Source: Candidatus Baldrarchaeum yapensis (GTDB lineage Archaea; Asgardarchaeota; Baldrarchaeia; Baldrarchaeales; Baldrarchaeaceae). From it: a stretch of 32,000 bases of DNA. A program made the translations under genes and the position numbers. How positions within the stretch are numbered: the first letter of the stretch is position 1; each line of letters begins with the position of its first letter. The stretch spans positions 60,001 to 92,000 of the forward strand of contig JAEOSH010000002.1 of NCBI GenBank assembly GCA_016840465.1. Reading direction: 5' to 3'. Below the pieces are notes generated by a model, which was not told the origin of the DNA, did no database searches, and saw only the letters and a list, made by a program, of their open reading frames with translations. Shown piece after piece: positions 26,607 through 32,000 of this stretch.

Positions 26607-27611
26607 CTAACCACTCTTCTTGAATTCCTTCCAACTAGGATACGTGCCTCTTTTCATAATCACTCTATCGATGGTCGCTGCTATGCCCTTACTCTTCTTT
26701 AGTATTTCCTCCGTCGACATAACTGCTCTGCCCAATGCTATAACTTCATCTTTTAATGTAAAAATCGCAACAAGATCCCCCGGCTTTATTCCTTCGTGTA
26801 ATTTAACAATCCCGGGTACGGTAAGATGGGCACCATGACACAAGGCATCTACTGCCGAGTCACGCACCCAAATATGCGGCAGATGATCTAATGCGCGCTC
26901 GACGGGCTGTATGCATTTTCTCAGAAACTGTTCGTCGCCATCTTCCTTCCAGAAGTGATAAGCATCCACAAGATCATGAAGTGTAACCAGTGTTTCATCC
27001 TCTTTAAACGGTCCAGTTCTTGTCCTCCTTAGCTCTCTCATGTGAGCGCCGCTACCTAGTGCCTCGCCGATATCAAAAATAAGCTTTCTAATGTAAGTTC
27101 CAGCTTGACATCCAACCCTCATCAGAACGTTTCTTCCTTCTATCTCCAGAATTTTTATATAGTAAATCTTTCTCGTTCTAAGGCGGCGTTTCACAGACGA
27201 TCTTACCGGGGGACGTTGATAAATTTCGCCCACAAATTCACTAACGACTTCCCTGATTTTGTCTTCTGGCACATCCCTGTGTAAGTACATGACTGTTACG
27301 TACTCTTTTCCTGCAGGTAATAGTGTTTGTATGACCTTTGTTGCATTTTCTAGCGCTATAGGAAGCACTCCAGTGACGCCGGGATCCAAAGTTCCTCCAT
27401 GACCCGCTTTTTTAACATTTAATATCCGTTTTATCCAAGCAACTACCTCATGGCTTGTGGGTCCCGCTGGTTTGTCCAAATTTATTACTCCATTTTCTAT
27501 TAGACTCTCTATTGGACGTTCGTCTGGGTAACAACCGTATCTGGGATCTGTTTCTGCCTCGCTTTTGACAATGATCTTTCTTTTCACATCGGATGGAAGC
27601 TTACACTCCAT
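26607..27611 (-). CDS. cbf5: H/ACA RNA-guided / tRNA pseudouridine synthase Cbf5
   Basis: LDKPAGPTSHEV, GHGGTLDP (catalytic Asp), QRPP..S.VKR.LR.R, CQAGTYIR and a C-terminal PUA domain. Confidence 0.96.
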   Translation of the reverse strand: MECKLPSDVKRKIIVKSEAETDPRYGCYPDERPIESLIENGVINLDKPAGPTSHEVVAWIKRILNVKKAGHGGTLDPGVTGVLPIALENATKVIQTLLPAGKEYVTVMYLHRDVPEDKIREVVSEFVGEIYQRPPVRSSVKRRLRTRKIYYIKILEIEGRNVLMRVGCQAGTYIRKLIFDIGEALGSGAHMRELRRTRTGPFKEDETLVTLHDLVDAYHFWKEDGDEQFLRKCIQPVERALDHLPHIWVRDSAVDALCHGAHLTVPGIVKLHEGIKPGDLVAIFTLKDEVIALGRAVMSTEEILKKSKGIAATIDRVIMKRGTYPSWKEFKKSG

Positions 27612-27680
27612 TAATGCCACCAGATACTATTCAAAAAGATGGTAAATTAGGACTTCGGTTCTTGGATATCGCAAAAGAAA

Positions 27681-27971
27681 TCAAAGGGATATTTTAACCC
27701 TCTCACGCATAAAATCGAGTATGCCTTCTTTCTCCAGAGCACTTCTTACCTCATCATCGCTGGCATTCTTTGGTATATTTATTTTGCGTGGTGTAGGCTC
27801 TAGATGCTTGATATTGCATCTTCTTCGCTTAACACCGGACACATCCTTTGGTCCAGTTACCAGTACAAAATTTTTGTCTATAATGTCTACGATCACGCAC
27901 TTTCTTCCAGCTTCTCTTCCCATAGTCTTCACACATATCCTTCCGATATCTATCAGGCGCTCTGCACTCAT
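27681..27971 (-). CDS. rpl14e: Ribosomal protein eL14
   Basis: [49 protein letters not shown]. Confidence 0.96.
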   Translation of the reverse strand: MSAERLIDIGRICVKTMGREAGRKCVIVDIIDKNFVLVTGPKDVSGVKRRRCNIKHLEPTPRKINIPKNASDDEVRSALEKEGILDFMRERVKISL

Positions 27972-27976
27972 GACCA

Positions 27977-28528
27977 TCACCGCACCTTTTGTGATGCTAG
28001 GTATTCTTCAATCACAGTTTTTAAAATCTTGAGTACGCTCTCTATTGAAAACTTTTCTGTATTGATCATGACGTCGTATATTTTCGGATCAAAAGGCTCC
28101 GCTCCATATATCTCCTTATATCTCTTTAATTCGCTCAACTCTCTCTCGAGAGTCTCTTTATATGCCTGTTTATAACTTATGCCGTCTCTTTTTGCAATTC
28201 TCCTAACCCTAACTTCCAAAGGGGCGGTTACGAGTATTTTTAAGTCGGCAATTTCACGTGCAACCCATGCAGTCAACCTTCCATCAAGAACAACATTGCC
28301 CCTTCTGGCCTCATTTAGAGTTGTATTGTCGATCATTCTGTCTATCTCATAATCTTTTTCAGCTTGCTTGCTAAATTCACTTAATGATAGCCCCTTTTCC
28401 TTTGCAAGCCGCCTAAATATCTCTCCTGCGGAAAAGTACCGCAAATTAAACTCCTTTGCTATAAATTTTGCATATGTTGTTTTTCCACTGCCAGCGGGTC
28501 CGCTGATCGCTATTGTTATTTTCTTCAC
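27977..28528 (-). CDS. cmk: Cytidylate kinase (archaeal type)
   Basis: [33 protein letters not shown] and R..RIA.RD. Confidence 0.93.
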   Translation of the reverse strand: MKKITIAISGPAGSGKTTYAKFIAKEFNLRYFSAGEIFRRLAKEKGLSLSEFSKQAEKDYEIDRMIDNTTLNEARRGNVVLDGRLTAWVAREIADLKILVTAPLEVRVRRIAKRDGISYKQAYKETLERELSELKRYKEIYGAEPFDPKIYDVMINTEKFSIESVLKILKTVIEEYLASQKVR

Positions 28529-28800
28529 ATGAACATTCCTCGCACGGTCTCCTTTATCTTACGAGATAGACAATTCGGACATAAGTATCCACCATATGGG
28601 CGCTCGGGTCTTCTGGAAGATTTTGGCAACTTTCTTAGTTCACTGGGTCTAAGTCTTGGAACGCCTCCCAGCGGTTTTCCACAGAGTGCACACTTCGCGA
28701 AGTCGACCTTCTTTTTCTCGTAATGAATTACAACGCGACCTCCTGGAGTTCTAACGAAATGCTTTTTCGCAGACCTCGACCTATACCTTGGTTGCGGCAT
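28525..28800 (-). CDS. rpl34e: Ribosomal protein eL34
   Basis: [24 protein letters not shown] and [11 protein letters not shown]. Confidence 0.97.
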   Translation of the reverse strand: MPQPRYRSRSAKKHFVRTPGGRVVIHYEKKKVDFAKCALCGKPLGGVPRLRPSELRKLPKSSRRPERPYGGYLCPNCLSRKIKETVRGMFM

Positions 28801-28816
28801 TCATACATCCCCCAAA

Positions 28817-29308
28817 TCACATCTTTACTGTTAGCTTTCTCAGGAGAGAGCCGAATGAGAAGCTGCAAAGTACGTACCACCATATGAAATTTAAACTCCC
28901 GATACCGTCCTCATAAACTTGACCAAAGAATGAAGGTACTTCCACAGGAACTAAAACCACCGGGGCGTCGCCATAGACCATGTTACGGAGTATCAAAAAG
29001 AGCGTTATAAACACTACGGATGATATTATGAAGAACTTGAAGGTTTCCTTTGCGAGTTCCATTTCCAACTTTTTTATCCTCCTTTCGTGTCTCTTCAACT
29101 TTACGAACTTCCTCTCATCCCCCTCTCTGTAAGCTCTCAGCAATTCGGATCTCCATTTCTTTATTTCGCTACTATATCTTTGAACCTTATTTATGTCTGT
29201 AGTTACTTTTTGAATTAGTATCGAGAGAGCTGAGAATAGAAGAGCAAATAGAAGAATGGAAATCGTGGAATACGGCATCGTTCTTAATGTTTCTATTATA
29301 TCCGCCAT
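28817..29308 (-). CDS. DUF106 / EMC3-TMCO1 family (Oxa1 superfamily) membrane insertase-like protein
   Basis: TM - coiled coil - TM layout with WWYVLCSFSFG.LLRK near the C-terminus; canonical position between secY and rpl34e. Confidence 0.85.
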   Translation of the reverse strand: MADIIETLRTMPYSTISILLFALLFSALSILIQKVTTDINKVQRYSSEIKKWRSELLRAYREGDERKFVKLKRHERRIKKLEMELAKETFKFFIISSVVFITLFLILRNMVYGDAPVVLVPVEVPSFFGQVYEDGIGSLNFIWWYVLCSFSFGSLLRKLTVKM

Positions 29309-29320
29309 TCTTTTCACCCG

Positions 29321-30781
29321 TTATTCTAATCCTAAGAACGCTCTCACTGCCGGATGCAATTCAGCAAGTTGTTCTCTTAGGATTAACTGGTAATATTGAT
29401 AAAGAATATCAACAAAGAGGAGAATTCCCACACCAGTCCCTAATGCCCCTAAGAAGTCTGCAAATACCGCGAGTAGCCCTATTAGAATACCGCTGAAAAT
29501 TGTGACAGGAGGAATGTATCGCTTAAATATTCTTTCTAGAATTCTCTCGGAGGACCTAAATCCGGGAACCTGAAGGCCTGCCTGTACAAGTTGCTTTGCT
29601 ATATCAGCGGGAGCCATACCGGAAACTTCGACCCAAAGCACACCGAAAATCACACAAAGTATTAAGAACAGCACCATATAGGTAACCGCGCGTACTGGGT
29701 CCTCGATTACTGCTTGAATACCACGTGGTGGGCTCAGATAATAAGCTAACCCCGTTGTTGGCTTAACAATGCCTTCCTCGGTAATCTCATACCTTCCAAG
29801 TATATCTACTATGAGCCTGAGAAATGCGTTTTCCGAGTCTCCCCATCTTCGCCATGTGAGTTGCGAAGTGAAGAGAATAATTGCGTAAAACGCTTGAGCA
29901 AATATTACTGGAATCACGGAAACATACATTAAGCGTATTGGATAGGTTCCTCTTATTCCTCTAAATCTAGAATAAGCAACAGGGATCTCTATTCTACACG
30001 TTTCTATATAAACTATTACTATGAAGAGTATTATTGTCGTTATAACTCCCGTCATGTCAGGTAAATTCTTCCCTCTATTTAATATGGATATAAGTTCATT
30101 CCACTTGCCCGTATTCCAAGCATTGCCCACTGCCTGAAAGAATGCTATCACCGCGCCGTAGGCATAACCATCACCATTGGGTATAGAAAATGGAGAAAAA
30201 GCATTCCACATAATTCTGTCCGCAACACCTGCTATTATGAAAATACTAACTCCGCTACCTATTCCCCAACCCTTTTGTATCATTTCATCCATCAAGATGA
30301 TTATTATCCCCGCAAATAATAATTGGAAGAATATCAGAACTGCTGTGTTGAACGCTATTCTGCCGTATGCACCACTAGCTATGTACATTACTGCTTGAAC
30401 CATTGTGAGTAAAATTGCTAACACCTTTTGAACACCTGTAAAGAGCGCACGATCTTCCGGATCACTCAAATCGATATCTATCATTCGAGATCCTACTAGT
30501 ACTTGCATGAGCAATCCTGCTGTTACTATAGGGCCAATGCCCAACTCTGTTAATGTTCCCCTAGATGATGCAAGAACCACTCTTATGGAGTAAAAGACGT
30601 CGGGAGCATGTGGGGAGTGTGGAATCCCATAAAGCGGTATGTTACTCATAATTATGTATATTATCATGACAAGTAGCGTCCATCCCAATTTTTCCCGAAG
30701 ACTGACTCTACGGGTTGGAGGCTTTACTTCCGGTGTTATTCTTATCAGCGGAGAAAATGCCTGCAGAAATTTACTTGGCAT
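29321..30781 (-). CDS. secY: Protein translocase subunit SecY / Sec61-alpha
   Basis: EKL.WT, GTLTELGIGPIVTAG, DR.LF.G.QK, KGWGIGSG.S.FI, YPIRLMY.S.IP.I and G.GTG.LL. Confidence 0.98.
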   Translation of the reverse strand: MPSKFLQAFSPLIRITPEVKPPTRRVSLREKLGWTLLVMIIYIIMSNIPLYGIPHSPHAPDVFYSIRVVLASSRGTLTELGIGPIVTAGLLMQVLVGSRMIDIDLSDPEDRALFTGVQKVLAILLTMVQAVMYIASGAYGRIAFNTAVLIFFQLLFAGIIIILMDEMIQKGWGIGSGVSIFIIAGVADRIMWNAFSPFSIPNGDGYAYGAVIAFFQAVGNAWNTGKWNELISILNRGKNLPDMTGVITTIILFIVIVYIETCRIEIPVAYSRFRGIRGTYPIRLMYVSVIPVIFAQAFYAIILFTSQLTWRRWGDSENAFLRLIVDILGRYEITEEGIVKPTTGLAYYLSPPRGIQAVIEDPVRAVTYMVLFLILCVIFGVLWVEVSGMAPADIAKQLVQAGLQVPGFRSSERILERIFKRYIPPVTIFSGILIGLLAVFADFLGALGTGVGILLFVDILYQYYQLILREQLAELHPAVRAFLGLE

Positions 30782-30783
30782 TT

Positions 30784-31245
30784 CTAACTACCCTCGGATG
30801 TCTCGCCTATTTTTATAACCTCACCACCAGCATTTATTATTTTTTCGGCAGCCTTTTCAGAGAACTCTATCGCTTTAACTATAAGCGGTCTGGTGACCTT
30901 CCCCTTTCCTAACACCTTCTCGTAACCAAGTTTTGTCACGTCTATCACTATTTTGTCATCTTTAAATTCCGCCTTGCCCTCCTTGGCAAGTCTTTCGGCA
31001 ATCTCGTCGAGTTCTCCGACATTTATAGCGGATAGTTCTTTAACTAGTCTAAAGTACCTTGTAAATCCGTGCTTTCCAAAGTAATCAGGTTCATATTTAA
31101 CGATATATGTCCAGAGGTGCTTATGTCTACCACTCTTTCCTCGACCTCCACGTTGTCCAGCACCTCTATGTTGTCCTACGCGTCCATAACCATGCGTTCG
31201 TGACCCTCGCATTTTTCGCGATTTTTTCCTCCTTCTCACTACCAT
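30784..31245 (-). CDS. rpl15: Ribosomal protein uL15
   Basis: RGSRTHGYG, HRGAG.RGGRG..G, YFGKHGF and KVLGKG. Confidence 0.97.
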   Translation of the reverse strand: MVVRRRKKSRKMRGSRTHGYGRVGQHRGAGQRGGRGKSGRHKHLWTYIVKYEPDYFGKHGFTRYFRLVKELSAINVGELDEIAERLAKEGKAEFKDDKIVIDVTKLGYEKVLGKGKVTRPLIVKAIEFSEKAAEKIINAGGEVIKIGETSEGS

Positions 31246-31260
31246 TGCTTAACCTCCTAA

Positions 31261-31746
31261 TCAGACCATTCTCTCCAATAACTCGTTAATAGCTTCACCC
31301 CTATATCCGAGTTCCCCGCCCTCTTGGTAATGCCTCTTCTTTGACCCTCTAAATCCTCCCTTGGGTGGATGTAATCGAAATACTGGTTTCATTCTTGGTA
31401 TGTCTTTCAATTCCGCCTCAAACTTCAAGAAGGCATCAACAAACTCTTCTATAGACTTGAATCTCGTAGTCTTTTGAAGATATTCGTCTGTTATCTTTTT
31501 ATTGCCCTCTAATCTTCCCCTCTTCCTAATCAGTTTTATTAGCGCTTCCCTGTTTACCTCTCCCCATGTAACATAATCTTTTACCTTCTGTAACATACCG
31601 AGATAACTGGGACGATCATCTATTATAATAGCATGATTTACCTTGTGAAGTCTAAGCATTTTTAAAGTATCTAAAACCTCTTTACGTACTCCGGGCTCTC
31701 CTCGCAATCTTATTACTACTAAACGCTTACTTCTTTGTTGCTCCAT
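31261..31746 (-). CDS. rpl30: Ribosomal protein uL30
   Basis: [41 protein letters not shown] and GELGYRG..INELL.RM. Confidence 0.97.
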   Translation of the reverse strand: MEQQRSKRLVVIRLRGEPGVRKEVLDTLKMLRLHKVNHAIIIDDRPSYLGMLQKVKDYVTWGEVNREALIKLIRKRGRLEGNKKITDEYLQKTTRFKSIEEFVDAFLKFEAELKDIPRMKPVFRLHPPKGGFRGSKKRHYQEGGELGYRGEAINELLERMV

Positions 31747-31757
31747 TCGAATCACCG

Positions 31758-32000
31758 TTACTTCCAGTCCTTTGGAGATACGAACTTATAAGTGTTCTTT
31801 AAAGCGTCATATACCGCCTTCGCGAAATTATGGGTGGTTCTAGTCTCCCCTAACGTTTTTGTCCATACGTCCTGTATACCTGCAAGTCTAAGAACGGTTT
31901 TTGCCACGTCACCTGCAACTAGTCCTGTTCCACGTGGTGCAGGGATTAGCGTGACCACTACGCTGCCACATTTGCCAGTAACTTTAAACGGAACAGAGTG
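31758..32000 (-). CDS. rps5: Ribosomal protein uS5, 3' part (gene begins beyond the window)
   Basis: [30 protein letters not shown]...LAGIQDVWT...G.T.T..NFAKA; frame open to the window edge. Confidence 0.97.
   Translation of the reverse strand, partial: HSVPFKVTGKCGSVVVTLIPAPRGTGLVAGDVAKTVLRLAGIQDVWTKTLGETRTTHNFAKAVYDALKNTYKFVSPKDWK

Overview
Core-chromosome window of an archaeon, probably Asgard. That placement is an inference from a multi-pass membrane protein ending in a longin-like domain, together with FtsZ and the archaeal ribosomal gene order; it is not proven. From 11.2 kb to the right edge, the minus strand carries a long translation, secretion and division gene cluster: rps5-rpl30-rpl15-secY-DUF106-rpl34e-cmk-rpl14e-cbf5-MTase-tRNA-Ser, then rnp4-rps19e-PDCD5-rpl39e-rpl31e-eif6-rplX-pfdA-ftsY-argF-ftsZ-secE-spt5-rpl11-rpl1-P0-P1-DUF434-suhB-nob1. 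A plus-strand nep1-ychF-serA block interrupts it. The left part holds a DUF2095 protein, a membrane/wHTH/longin protein, dys, tiaS, DGGGP synthase, valS, pyrH and an NSUN6-like m5C methyltransferase. There are four tRNA genes, all on the minus strand: Ile-GAU, Ala-CGC, Leu-CAA (one non-canonical intron) and Ser-GGA (two introns). No CRISPR array, integrase or transposase was seen. The best leads are the membrane-wHTH-longin protein, a structured valS leader that may act as a switch, the intron-bearing tRNAs overlapped antisense by CDS ends, and a NYN-like DUF434 protein following the ribosomal stalk genes. All calls come from manual motif reading; no searches or folding programs were run. Where a Shine-Dalgarno (SD) motif supports a downstream start, that start is given instead of the ORF-track start.
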